Positions 14,935 through 24,528 of a DNA stretch of 27,399 bases are shown here, piece by piece. The stretch is taken from contig CAZMHL010000001.1 of NCBI GenBank assembly GCA_964566065.1, positions 1 to 27,399 of the forward strand, read 5' to 3'. Below the pieces are notes generated by a model, which made no database searches, was not told the DNA's origin, and saw only the letters and a list, made by a program, of their open reading frames with translations. Each line of letters begins with the position of its first letter. Position 1 is the first letter of the stretch. The DNA is from an uncultured Eubacteriales bacterium (GTDB lineage Bacteria > Bacillota > Clostridia > RGIG6154). The translations under genes were made by a program, and so were the position numbers.

Positions 14935-16734
14935 TTAAATATTCTCAATCTGTCCGTCCAGCGGAAGTTTGATTGTAACGGTTGTGCCTTTTTCATATTC
15001 GCTGTCGATTGAAATGGTGCCGTTGTGGGCTTCGACAAGCTCTCTGGCAATTGCAAGGCCAAGTCCCGTTCCGCCCTCTTTTCTTGAACGTGCCTTGTCA
15101 ACTCTGTAGAACCTTTCAAAAATCATAGGAAGGTCTTTTTCGGGAATACCGATACCTGTGTCCGATATCTTGATGTAAGACATCTGTTCCTGATGTCCGC
15201 ACACAACTGTAATTGTCCCCTTATCGGGAGTATATTTTATTGCATTTGATAAAATATTCAATATTACCTGACTTATTCTGTCTCTGTCAATAACAACATT
15301 AAACGGCTCACCGCTTTTTATAAATGTCAGCGTTTGTTTTCTTTTTTCAGCATCAATTTTAGCGGTGTTGATAATGTCCGCCGTAAGCTGCTGAAGGTCG
15401 GTTTCCTCAAAGTTGAATTTTGCTTTTGAATGGTCGAGCTGTGAAAGAACAAGAAGGTCTTTTACAAGTCTTGTCATTCTGTCAGCTTCGTTGTTTATAA
15501 CAGAAAGGAAGCTGTCTCTTGTTTCCTTGTCGTCAATTTCATTGTCAAGAAGAGTTTCACTGTAACTCTTTATGTTGGTGAGAGGGGTACGAAGCTCGTG
15601 GGATACATTTGCAACAAATGTTCTTCGCGACTGTTCAAGCTTCTGTTGCTTTGTAATGTCCTGGAACGCCGCGATAATACCCTCAAATCTGTTGGTGTCG
15701 TTTGAGTATGGAGCAAAATGTACATTCAGAATAAGTCCGTTTGTTTCAATCTGCCATTCCCTTTGCGTTTCCGGGTCGTTTTCCATAAGTGCCTGCATTG
15801 TAAGCGGAATTTCAAGTTCTGCAAATAACTCGTCAAAAGAGTAATTTTTCCGTCTGTCAAGGTTAAGCATCTTTCCTGCTGCAGGATTGATATGTGTACT
15901 TTTTCCGTTTAAGTTAAAAGCCATAACGCCGTCGTCAAGGTTTTTAAGAATAACGGCAATCTTGTCTTTTTCTCCCGATATTTCATCAAGGGTCTGTTTA
16001 AGCTTGACCGCCATGTTGTTAAAGGTGTTGGTAAGGTCACCGATTTCATCGTCGCCTTTAACATCAATCACGTTGTCAAACTTGCCCTCTGACATTTTGC
16101 TTGCCTTTTCCGTAAGACTTTTAATGGGTACCGTAATGGTACGGCTGAGCAGAATACTTAAAATAAGCGAAATAAGGGCTCCGTATAAAATTGCGTTTAT
16201 AACAACGGAGAACATATTGTGTGAAACAGACAAAAGCTCCTGCTTGTTGTCCTTTATATAAATAATATATTCAACCTTGCCGCCTGATTTAACGGGGTAG
16301 GCATAATCCATATAGTTCTGATTTGAAAGAACCTTGTCGCCGACGCTTCCCGAAATGGCACTTATTATATTTTCTGTAATTTCAGGGTTTTCGGTTATCT
16401 GCGAGCTGCCCGAAATGAGCTTTGCGGATTTTCCGTCTAAAATGTAATAGTCTCTGTTATTATTTATACCAAGGCGGCTTGTGGAATAGGCTTCCATAAC
16501 TTCCGTCAGTTTTTCTTTCGGGTTTTCCTCTGAAAGGGCATAAATAAGGTTGTCGGAAATATCACCTGCAAATTCCTGATTCATACTCTCTGTAAAACGG
16601 GTGTGATAGAAAGCGGAAATACTGTTAAGGAGAAGAGTTCCCGTAACTATCATAACCGAAAGAACAAGGAGAACGAAAATAGCAATCAGTTTCCACTGCA
16701 GTTTGCCAAGTAACCTTTTTCTTTTTTTTGCCAA
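14935..16734 (-). CDS. Membrane sensor histidine kinase, WalK/PhoR-like (2 TM, HAMP, PAS, HisKA, HATPase)
   Basis: HAMP PIKSL...DEIGDL..FN.M; PAS GVMAF..G....INPAA; H-box FVANVSHELRTPLT; N-box NILSNAIKYT; G1 DTGIGIP; F IFERFYRVDKARSR; G2 GGTGLGLAI. Likely TTG start at 16734 with AGGAG RBS. Confidence 0.92.
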   Translation of the reverse strand: MAKKRKRLLGKLQWKLIAIFVLLVLSVMIVTGTLLLNSISAFYHTRFTESMNQEFAGDISDNLIYALSEENPKEKLTEVMEAYSTSRLGINNNRDYYILDGKSAKLISGSSQITENPEITENIISAISGSVGDKVLSNQNYMDYAYPVKSGGKVEYIIYIKDNKQELLSVSHNMFSVVINAILYGALISLILSILLSRTITVPIKSLTEKASKMSEGKFDNVIDVKGDDEIGDLTNTFNNMAVKLKQTLDEISGEKDKIAVILKNLDDGVMAFNLNGKSTHINPAAGKMLNLDRRKNYSFDELFAELEIPLTMQALMENDPETQREWQIETNGLILNVHFAPYSNDTNRFEGIIAAFQDITKQQKLEQSRRTFVANVSHELRTPLTNIKSYSETLLDNEIDDKETRDSFLSVINNEADRMTRLVKDLLVLSQLDHSKAKFNFEETDLQQLTADIINTAKIDAEKRKQTLTFIKSGEPFNVVIDRDRISQVILNILSNAIKYTPDKGTITVVCGHQEQMSYIKISDTGIGIPEKDLPMIFERFYRVDKARSRKEGGTGLGLAIARELVEAHNGTISIDSEYEKGTTVTIKLPLDGQIENI

Positions 16735-16795
16735 AAAGTCCAGACTCCTTTTTGCACGGGAAATCCACAGATTCCCCAATTTCTTTTATCTTGTT

Positions 16796-16825
16796 ATTAT
16801 ATCAATAAAACATATATTTTGTCAA
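16796..16825 (-). promoter_or_regulatory. Consensus sigmaA promoter of the kinase operon
   Basis: Minus strand TTGACA-18 bp-TATAAT with extended -10 (TGa), immediately after the addA stop. Confidence 0.8.
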
Positions 16826-19800
16826 TTATAACTCAATAATGTCGTCATATCTTGTGAAGTAAATAAAACAGCGTATTTTATCGGTGTTATGCATTTTTGA
16901 TACGGCTTTTCTGTAAAACTCAAGCTGTTTTGTGTAAAGAGCAATTCTGTCAGCTCTGTTTTGCAGGGTCAGGGTGTCGGTTTTGTAGTCAACAATGTAA
17001 AATTCATCGCCGCATCTGAAATAGCAGTCAATAACGCCCTGAACCTGAAGCTTTTCGCCGCCGTTTACGCTGTCAATTTCACTGCTGTCAATAATAATGT
17101 TAAATGGTGCCTCCTTGTATATTTCGTCAGAATTTTTGAGCTTTTCACAAAGTGAAGAGGTGTAATATCTGTAAAGGGAAGATGTGTCTGCACATTTTGC
17201 CTCATCCTCGGTCAGAATGTTTTCATTAACCAGACCTGTTATTGCATCTTCGAGGTCTTTTTCGCAGTTTATTACCCTTTCGTCGGTCTTTTCAAGAATA
17301 AGATGAATAATGCTTCCTTCTTCGGCTCCGCTTATGCCATCTTTCTTTCTTTTAACGAGAGAGCTTGAAAAACCGAAATAATCGGAGGAGTTTTCGTCAA
17401 TCGTAAGAAGCTTTTTAAGCTCCGAAACGGAATATTTTGAATAAAAGCTCTTGCCTTCGCTTGGGTAAACATATTCAAGCTTTTCCCTTACCGAACCGGA
17501 AATCTCGGGAAGATTTTCGTTGTCTTTGCCCGACTCGGTATCATCATCGCCGTCAGGACGGATATCTTTAAGACTTAATGTTATAAGGGGATTTGAATTT
17601 TCAAAAATTTCTTCACTGCAACCTGCCATAATAAAATCAAGATAGCTTTTAGCGTTCTTTACAAGTCCGGGAGAAAGCTTTTCTTTTAAGTATCTTGCAT
17701 CGGTTTTGTAGCTGTCAACATATTCATCTCTTTTTTTGACGGTTCCCAGAAGTATAAGCTTTTCCTTTGCTCGTGTCAGGGCAACGTATAAAATTCTCAT
17801 TTCTTCCGAAAGAGTTTCGGCGTTCAGCTTTGACTTGATGGCTTCTCTTATGGGCGAGGGGTAATAAACGTTGTTTTTGTCGTCGGTATATTTAACTCCT
17901 ATGCCTAGCTTTTTGTGCAGAAGCATTGAGCTTGAAAGGTCATTGCTTGCAAAGGATTTTCCCAGACCGCAGATAATAACTATGGGATATTCAAGTCCCT
18001 TGCTCTTGTGAATAGTGTTGATTTTAACAACGTCAAGAGCAGAGGGGAGAATTTTCGGTGCAGACATCTGCATATTCTGACCGTTGAAGTTTTCAAGATA
18101 AATGAGGAATGAGAAAAGTCCTTTGAATTGAGCTCGTTCAAAGCCTTTGGCGGTATTTACGAGGAAGTGAAGATTAGAACGCCTCTGCATTCCGCCCTTC
18201 ATTGCACTTACGTATTCTTCAAAATATGTTTTTTCAATAATTGCCTGAATAAGAGATGCAACAGATGAGCTTTTTGCCTTTTCGGTGAAGGCGTTCATAT
18301 CATCAAGGAAAATCTTTATTTTAAGCTTTTCTGTTTCATCGTCTGTAACATATCCATTTAAAAGGTCGAAGAATTTTGCTTTTTTGTCACCGCATTTTCT
18401 TAATTTAACCAGAAGATTATCTGAAAAATTGTAAATGGGCGATCTTAATACAGATACCAGTGGAATGTCCTGATACGGATTGTCAATTATTTTTAAATAT
18501 GAAATAATAACCTGAGCCTCATAAGATGAAAGAATGCTGTTCTTTCCGTCATCGTTATATGTGGGTATATTGCATTTTGTAAGGCAGTCGGCAAGGGTCT
18601 CCGAAACATTTACGGAGTTTCTGGTAAGTATAACAATATCCTTGTACCGTGCTTTTCTGAATTTTTGGTCTTCATATATGTCAAGTTTTCCCACAACAGA
18701 ATCAATAATTTCTGCAATTTTATAGCCTTCCTGCTCGGTTTTTGAAAGCTCGTCATCTTTGGAGGGCTGTTCAAGTATGTGAATATCAACGCTCGGGTCA
18801 TTTCCGTCGTAGCTTGCGCCGTAGTAAAGATATTCATCTTTTGTATAGTCAACCTCACCTGTTTTGAGATTCATAATTTTTGAAAAAACGGTGTTTGTAA
18901 AATCAAGAATGTTTTTACGGCTTCTGAAGTTGTTGTTAAGGTAAATTCTTCTGCCTTTTGTATCTTCCCTGCCAAAGCTTTCGGTTTTTTCTCTGAAAAT
19001 TTCGGGAGCGGTATTTCTGAAACTGTAAATACTCTGCTTCATATCACCAACCATAAAAAGATTATTCATATTTCTTGAAATGTTTGAAAAGATTATATCC
19101 TGAACAGGGCTGGTGTCCTGATATTCGTCAACAATGATTTCATCAAAGCTTTCCGAAAGCTTTGATGCGACATCTGTGGGAGTTTTGTCATCGTTTACAA
19201 GAAGCTTCAATGCAAAATGCTCCAGGTCGGAGTAGTCAACAATGTTTTTTGTACGCTTCTTTTCCGAGTAAGCAACATCAAGCTCTTTTACAAATTCAAT
19301 TATCGTGTCAGCATCTTCTTTTTGCATTTGGGCAAATTCAAGAAGATGTATACTGCTGTACATAAAGCCCGATGAAATTTCGGCAATATCTGCTTTGAAG
19401 CTGTCTCTTGCACGCTTAACTTTTTCCTTGATTTCTTCAAGCTCTGCGGCTTTTATAATGGGAAAGTTTTTGAATTTGCAGTTTATTTTAAGAAAAACGT
19501 CGTCATAATCCTTAAAATTTATGTCTGTAAACATAGCAATATCTTCATTGATAACAGAAGTAAGCTTGTCTGCAAACGGATATGCTTTTAATTCCTCAAG
19601 AATGTCCGAATATTTTTCAATTGCTTCCTTAAGAAGAATTTCCGCCTCCCTTGTATCTGTGATTTTTTCTTTGGAATAAGATTCCTTAACAACGGTGAAC
19701 CATTCGTCGGGGAACGCCATTCCTTTTGAAAAATTGTAAATGCGAAGAAGCATTTCAACAAGGGCACTGTCATTTCTTGAAGAGAAGCCCGATGCAAGCT

Positions 19801-20269
19801 TTAAAAATGCAGGGTCCTGTTCTTCATATTTTTTATTTATAATTTCCTCAAGACTCTGATTTAAAAGAATAGAGCATTCTGCGGTATCACCTATTGCAAA
19901 ATCTGCGGAAAGTCCCAGTCTGCTGAAGTTTTCTCTTAAAAGTTTAAGGCAGAAAGAATGAACGGTGCAGATGCTTGCGGCCGGAAGATACAAAAGCTGT
20001 TTTCTGTATCTTTCAGCTTTATCGGAAGAGTCTGCAGATGAAATTTTTTCAATAAGCGCTTTCGCTATTTTTTCGCGCATCTGTGCCGCCGCGGCATTTG
20101 TGAATGTAACGATTATAAGTCTGTCAATGTCATAAAGATCCACAAGGCGAATAACTCTTTCAACAAGAACTGCGGTTTTACCCGAGCCTGCCGCAGCAGA
20201 AACAATAACCGAGCTGCCTCTGTGACTTATGGCGTTTTCCTGTTGAGTTGTCCATTTAATATCTGCCAT
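16826..20269 (-). CDS. addA: ATP-dependent helicase/nuclease subunit A
   Basis: VSAAAGSGKTAVLVER, VTFTNAAA, VDEYQD, VGDMKQSIYSFR, NFRSR, TIHKSKGLEYP, EEMRILYVALTRAK; C-terminal nuclease GVIDC...IVDYKT. Confidence 0.96.
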   Translation of the reverse strand: MADIKWTTQQENAISHRGSSVIVSAAAGSGKTAVLVERVIRLVDLYDIDRLIIVTFTNAAAAQMREKIAKALIEKISSADSSDKAERYRKQLLYLPAASICTVHSFCLKLLRENFSRLGLSADFAIGDTAECSILLNQSLEEIINKKYEEQDPAFLKLASGFSSRNDSALVEMLLRIYNFSKGMAFPDEWFTVVKESYSKEKITDTREAEILLKEAIEKYSDILEELKAYPFADKLTSVINEDIAMFTDINFKDYDDVFLKINCKFKNFPIIKAAELEEIKEKVKRARDSFKADIAEISSGFMYSSIHLLEFAQMQKEDADTIIEFVKELDVAYSEKKRTKNIVDYSDLEHFALKLLVNDDKTPTDVASKLSESFDEIIVDEYQDTSPVQDIIFSNISRNMNNLFMVGDMKQSIYSFRNTAPEIFREKTESFGREDTKGRRIYLNNNFRSRKNILDFTNTVFSKIMNLKTGEVDYTKDEYLYYGASYDGNDPSVDIHILEQPSKDDELSKTEQEGYKIAEIIDSVVGKLDIYEDQKFRKARYKDIVILTRNSVNVSETLADCLTKCNIPTYNDDGKNSILSSYEAQVIISYLKIIDNPYQDIPLVSVLRSPIYNFSDNLLVKLRKCGDKKAKFFDLLNGYVTDDETEKLKIKIFLDDMNAFTEKAKSSSVASLIQAIIEKTYFEEYVSAMKGGMQRRSNLHFLVNTAKGFERAQFKGLFSFLIYLENFNGQNMQMSAPKILPSALDVVKINTIHKSKGLEYPIVIICGLGKSFASNDLSSSMLLHKKLGIGVKYTDDKNNVYYPSPIREAIKSKLNAETLSEEMRILYVALTRAKEKLILLGTVKKRDEYVDSYKTDARYLKEKLSPGLVKNAKSYLDFIMAGCSEEIFENSNPLITLSLKDIRPDGDDDTESGKDNENLPEISGSVREKLEYVYPSEGKSFYSKYSVSELKKLLTIDENSSDYFGFSSSLVKRKKDGISGAEEGSIIHLILEKTDERVINCEKDLEDAITGLVNENILTEDEAKCADTSSLYRYYTSSLCEKLKNSDEIYKEAPFNIIIDSSEIDSVNGGEKLQVQGVIDCYFRCGDEFYIVDYKTDTLTLQNRADRIALYTKQLEFYRKAVSKMHNTDKIRCFIYFTRYDDIIEL

Positions 20270-20271
20270 AG

Positions 20272-23200
20272 TTACTCTCCTTTCTCAAGCTTTCTGAAGT
20301 ATCCGCAGCTTCTTTCAAAACCGCAGACGGGTGCAAAATCACAGTAATCACAGGAAGTGGTTTTGCCGTCGGTAAAGGGAGAAACGGAAGTGTCGCCCTC
20401 CATAATCAAGTCTGTATATTCCCTTATTTTTTCAAACATTTTTTCACTTATTTCTTCATAGCGTTCAGGCGAAATAATTCTGTTTGATGATATTCCTTTT
20501 TTTGTGACCTTTGCAGGGATAACCGAGGATTTTGAAGTCATAAATCTGTCCATTTCAAGAGGTGTGTTTTCGTCACCCACCATATAGCCTTTAAGAGCAA
20601 AGCTCTCTAAAACCTTTTGCTCTATGGTTTCTTTTGTCATACCCTCACAGAATTCAATTGCAGGACTGTTTATTGTAAGGTAAAACATCCCCTTTGTCCT
20701 CCCCATTGAATTTCTTAATGCGTTGCTGTAAACAAAAAGCTGGAGGGAAATTCCCTGTTCAACCTTGACAAGGTCCAGATCCTTTTTGCCTGATTTATAG
20801 TCAATAATTCTGTAACTGTCATCAAATTTATCAACTCTGTCAATAACTCCGTAGAGGGTTACATTGCCTTTTTTTGTTTTAACGGTAACGGGAACAATTC
20901 CTTCACTGTTGCCTATGTTGAGCTCTGCGGCATAAGGTGTAAAATATCCCGCCTGAATTTGTTTCACCACTGCCCATAAAGTGTCAGAGGCGGATTTTTT
21001 CATTTTGTTTATTAAAAACTCGTGTCTTTTTGTTAAAAGAGGAATTTTTTTTGTTATTGTTTTTACGGATTCTTCTGAAATTTCATAGGCCTTTTTTATG
21101 CAGTCCTCTTTTGTAATGGCGAACCAGTCAATGTTGTTTTCGGTAACGTAGCTTGTGTAATTCTCCATTACCGCATGCATAAACGTACCCGCATCGGGAG
21201 CGGCAAGCTCCTGCTTGTCTCTGGGATAAAGGTTAAGACCGTATCTTGCAAAGAATTTAAAGGGGCATTCCGCAAAGGCTTCAAGCCGCGATACGGTTGC
21301 GTGAAGATTTCTGCCCCAGAGCTTTTCGGCAGTTTCTTCGGAAATTGAAGAAAAAGCACCGTATTTTTTTGCTGAAAGAATATACTTGATTTTTCTGCTC
21401 CATTTTTCGTTTTCAAGATACCATCTTTTTGCCTGGGCAAAAAGACCTGAATTTTCATTTATAAGCATCTGCTCAATGGTTGCTCTTGCACTTGAAATAA
21501 AGTCTTCGCCGGCAGTACCCATAGAGCTTTTTTCGGTAATATCAGGGAAAAGCGTTTTTATTTCCGAAACAACGGAAGAAGGTCTTGTGCTCACCCTTGA
21601 AATGTCCGAAACGGGGTAAGAAACAATAAGCTTGTCATCGGGAATGGTAAGAATTTCATAAATTTTAAAGGGCTGTTCAAGAGCCTTTCTCTTTAAGTCG
21701 GGAGCAAGCTCAATTTCATTTTCACGAAGCAGACGTCTTTCGCTGTCGGTAAGAAGCCCCGTTCCCGAGGGTACCTGCGGAAAGTTGCCGTCGGTAGCTC
21801 CGATAATATATAAAACCTTAAAGTTATGATGTCTTATTTCATCTGCCCCTGCACACAAAATTTCGTCACTTGAGGGCGGGAGCGTTGCAAGCCTTGATTC
21901 GGAAAAGGCACTTTTCATCATGTCCGAAAGCTTTTCAATGCCGAAAGAGTCGTTTTCCATACATACAAAAAGCTGCTCGCAAATCTGAACAAAGCACTCA
22001 AAAACTCTTTTGTACTCCATGGACTCCTTTATCATATTCTTTTTTGCAAGGTCAAGCATAAGCTTTTCGGTTTTCTTTTCAAGGTCAATAAGGTCGCAGA
22101 ACTTTTCAAGAGCGTCAATGTATTCACTGCATTTTGTTTTGCCCTTTGTCTGTTCTCTGAAAGGCATAACGTAAGACAAAAACTGCTTTCTCGCACGGTT
22201 TACTCTTTCAAGGTCATATTTGTCCCCTTTAAAGGTGAATTCATTTTGCCAGGTACTGCCCTTGATTCCGTTGTCAAGAACATAGTTGTCCAGAAGGTTA
22301 ATGTCTTCAACGTCAATAAAGCCGGTTTTTAAGAATGTGAAAACAGCCTCATAGGAAAATGAGGAAATAAAAATATCAAAAAATGAAAGAAACAGCAGGC
22401 ACACGGGGTGCATAAGCATATTTTTCGGGAGGTTCATATAATATTTTATTCCGTGCTTTTTAAAAGAACTTTCAATTATACTGCTGTATTCTTCGGGGTT
22501 TGAGCACATAATGCCGATTTCGGAGAATCTGCAGCCCGCTCTTGCCTTGTCAAGAATGTCCCTTGCACACATATCCACTTCTTCATATGGACTTTCGGAA
22601 ATGAAAAGAGAAATGTCCTTTGTGGGAGCATTGAATGTATTTTTGTTAAATCTTGCATAGTTTCTTTCGAGGAAAAGGAGCTCTTCTCTGTGTTTTTTGT
22701 TTTCATTAAGCAAAATTGTGTTGCCCGGTTTGCCCAGAAGCTCCGAAATCTGTCTTTCCGTTCCCAAAACCGGTGAGAAAAGCGGATGATTTGAATTGTC
22801 GGCGTTCAGTGAAATGTAAAGTCCTTTTGAATAAAGGTTAAGTTCTTTTAAAACATTAAGCTCTGCGGAGGTAAAGCTTGAAAAGCTGTCAACAAAAAAT
22901 GTGGTGCTTTTAACATAATCCGAATCTTTAATAAGGGAAGAAAGCAGGGTTATGTTGTCATCCGCATCAAAGCCGAATTTTTCTATTTCCTTTTCATATT
23001 CTTCAAAAATAAGGGCAAGGTCATTAAGCTTTAAGGCTGCGGTACCCTCTGAAATTTTTCTTGATGCATCCTTAATGTCCTTTAAGCCTACCGAATGTCT
23101 TTTGAATTCTGTTAAGGTTGCGGTGATTCGACCGGTCATAAGGCTTGTTTTTGAACTGCTTCTGTAAATCTTAAGCTTGTCTGCGTTTTTGGAAAGAATA

Positions 23201-23481
23201 CGGTTTACAATAACCGTTTTGCCGGTTCCGCTTACATAATCTCTCTTTTTGCCGCAGCAGAGTCTGTAAATTTTGTAAAAAAGACGGCCGAAACTTAAAA
23301 CATCAATTCCGCGGCCAAGATACCCCGTTTTTTCAATAACGCGGTTTTCTGTCAGCAGAGAAATCTGTTCGGGGATAATTAAAACGGCATTTTCGCCTTT
23401 TTCCCTGTATTCGTCCATCTTATTTATGAAATATGAAGTTTTCCCTGTGCCCGAGGCACCTTTAATTAAAAAATAAGCCAT
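20272..23481 (-). CDS. addB: ATP-dependent helicase/nuclease subunit B
   Basis: Walker A GASGTGKT, IPEQ, SRLE.FAECPF.FF, nuclease GVIDRVD..IIDYKSG, SLQL..Y, Fe-S cysteines CDYCDF..VC; directly upstream of addA. Confidence 0.94.
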   Translation of the reverse strand: MAYFLIKGASGTGKTSYFINKMDEYREKGENAVLIIPEQISLLTENRVIEKTGYLGRGIDVLSFGRLFYKIYRLCCGKKRDYVSGTGKTVIVNRILSKNADKLKIYRSSSKTSLMTGRITATLTEFKRHSVGLKDIKDASRKISEGTAALKLNDLALIFEEYEKEIEKFGFDADDNITLLSSLIKDSDYVKSTTFFVDSFSSFTSAELNVLKELNLYSKGLYISLNADNSNHPLFSPVLGTERQISELLGKPGNTILLNENKKHREELLFLERNYARFNKNTFNAPTKDISLFISESPYEEVDMCARDILDKARAGCRFSEIGIMCSNPEEYSSIIESSFKKHGIKYYMNLPKNMLMHPVCLLFLSFFDIFISSFSYEAVFTFLKTGFIDVEDINLLDNYVLDNGIKGSTWQNEFTFKGDKYDLERVNRARKQFLSYVMPFREQTKGKTKCSEYIDALEKFCDLIDLEKKTEKLMLDLAKKNMIKESMEYKRVFECFVQICEQLFVCMENDSFGIEKLSDMMKSAFSESRLATLPPSSDEILCAGADEIRHHNFKVLYIIGATDGNFPQVPSGTGLLTDSERRLLRENEIELAPDLKRKALEQPFKIYEILTIPDDKLIVSYPVSDISRVSTRPSSVVSEIKTLFPDITEKSSMGTAGEDFISSARATIEQMLINENSGLFAQAKRWYLENEKWSRKIKYILSAKKYGAFSSISEETAEKLWGRNLHATVSRLEAFAECPFKFFARYGLNLYPRDKQELAAPDAGTFMHAVMENYTSYVTENNIDWFAITKEDCIKKAYEISEESVKTITKKIPLLTKRHEFLINKMKKSASDTLWAVVKQIQAGYFTPYAAELNIGNSEGIVPVTVKTKKGNVTLYGVIDRVDKFDDSYRIIDYKSGKKDLDLVKVEQGISLQLFVYSNALRNSMGRTKGMFYLTINSPAIEFCEGMTKETIEQKVLESFALKGYMVGDENTPLEMDRFMTSKSSVIPAKVTKKGISSNRIISPERYEEISEKMFEKIREYTDLIMEGDTSVSPFTDGKTTSCDYCDFAPVCGFERSCGYFRKLEKGE

Positions 23482-23511
23482 AAATTCACCGGTATCATAG
23501 TTTTTTATTTA

Positions 23512-23540
23512 ATTATATAATAGGTGCATTTTAAAGTCAA
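23512..23540 (-). promoter_or_regulatory. sigmaA promoter of addBA
   Basis: Minus strand TTGACT-17 bp-TATAAT. Confidence 0.75.
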
Positions 23541-23572
23541 AAAAAATTTTTGAAAAATTTTCACTTTAGTAC

Positions 23573-23601
23573 TTTACTTTGCTAAATTATTGTGATATAC
23601 T
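23573..23601 (+). promoter_or_regulatory. sigmaA promoter of the amino-acid ABC operon
   Basis: TTTACT-17 bp-TATACT with extended -10 (TGa); RBS AGGAGA upstream of ATG 23635. Confidence 0.65.
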
Positions 23602-23634
23602 ATGTGCATAATCTTAAATTAGGAGAGATAAACA

Positions 23635-24447
23635 ATGAAAAAAGTATTAAGTTTAATTATGGCTCTTGCACTTGTTGTTTGTGCATTTGCGTCATGCGGA
23701 ACAAACGGCGGTACAACAAGCTATGAAGACCTTGCAATCGCATTGGAGCTTACAAGCGAAGAATACGGCATCGGTTTCAGAAAAGGCTCTGACCTTGCTG
23801 TAGAAGTTGACAAACTTATGGATGAAATGAAAGCGGACGGCTCACTTGCAGCAATCGCTGAAAAATATGACCTTACACTTTCAGACAACGAAACAGTTTT
23901 CAACAAAGAAGAAGTAACAGTTAAAGATATTGATTATGTTAAAGCTAACGGCAAACTCGTTATCGGTATCACAGACTATGCTCCGATGAACTACAAGGAT
24001 GAAAATGGTGAATGGACAGGCTTTGACACAGAATTTGCTCTTGCAGTTTGCGAAAAATTAGGCGTTACAGCCGAATTCGTTGAAATTGACTGGGATAACA
24101 AATTCGTAGCACTTGAGTCAAAAGCAATTGACTGTATCTGGAACGGTATGACAATTTCAGAAGAAGTTCTTAAAAACACAAGCTGCTCAAAGGCTTATGT
24201 TAAGAATGCACAGGTTGTTGTAATGGCTGAAGATAAAGTCGCTGATTACGGTTCAGCTGCTGCAATGAAAGACCTTACATTTGCTGCAGAAGCAGGTTCA
24301 GCAGGTGCTACAGCTGCTGCAGACAACGGCTTTGCAAACCTCGTTGAAGTTCCGGCTCAGACAGATGCTCTTCTTGAAGTACAGAGCGGTTCATGTGATG
24401 CTTGTATCATCGACATCACAATGGCAAATGCAATGATCGGTAAATAA
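23635..24447 (+). CDS. Polar amino-acid ABC transporter substrate-binding lipoprotein (SBP_bac_3), apparently circularly permuted
   Basis: Lipobox AFAS-C; GKLVIGITDYAPMNY...GFDTE.A..VCEKLG...IDWDNK...IDCIWNGMT. The normally C-terminal EEYGIGFRKG...DGSLAAIAEKY segment sits at the N-terminus. Confidence 0.9.
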   Translation: MKKVLSLIMALALVVCAFASCGTNGGTTSYEDLAIALELTSEEYGIGFRKGSDLAVEVDKLMDEMKADGSLAAIAEKYDLTLSDNETVFNKEEVTVKDIDYVKANGKLVIGITDYAPMNYKDENGEWTGFDTEFALAVCEKLGVTAEFVEIDWDNKFVALESKAIDCIWNGMTISEEVLKNTSCSKAYVKNAQVVVMAEDKVADYGSAAAMKDLTFAAEAGSAGATAAADNGFANLVEVPAQTDALLEVQSGSCDACIIDITMANAMIGK

Positions 24448-24477
24448 GATATTATTAACAAAAAAATAACAATGCGC

Positions 24478-24505
24478 GGCAGTAAGCCTTTTAAGGCTTA
24501 TTGCC
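24478..24505 (+). other. Intercistronic stem-loop after the SBP gene (mRNA stabiliser or partial terminator)
   Basis: GGCAGTAAGCCTT-tt-AAGGCTTATTGCC, 13 bp with one G-U. Confidence 0.6.
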
Positions 24506-24528
24506 TTTGCTTGTGTTAAGGAGAACAT

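Noticed and set aside
16735..16779. Upstream TTG start of the histidine kinase given in the track
   Set aside because: No RBS there; AGGAG precedes the TTG at 16734.
16826..23481. Helicase-nuclease pair with Cas4-like PD-(D/E)xK and Fe-S motifs as a defence or CRISPR system
   Set aside because: Motifs, sizes and order match housekeeping AddAB; no repeat-spacer array or cas genes are visible.
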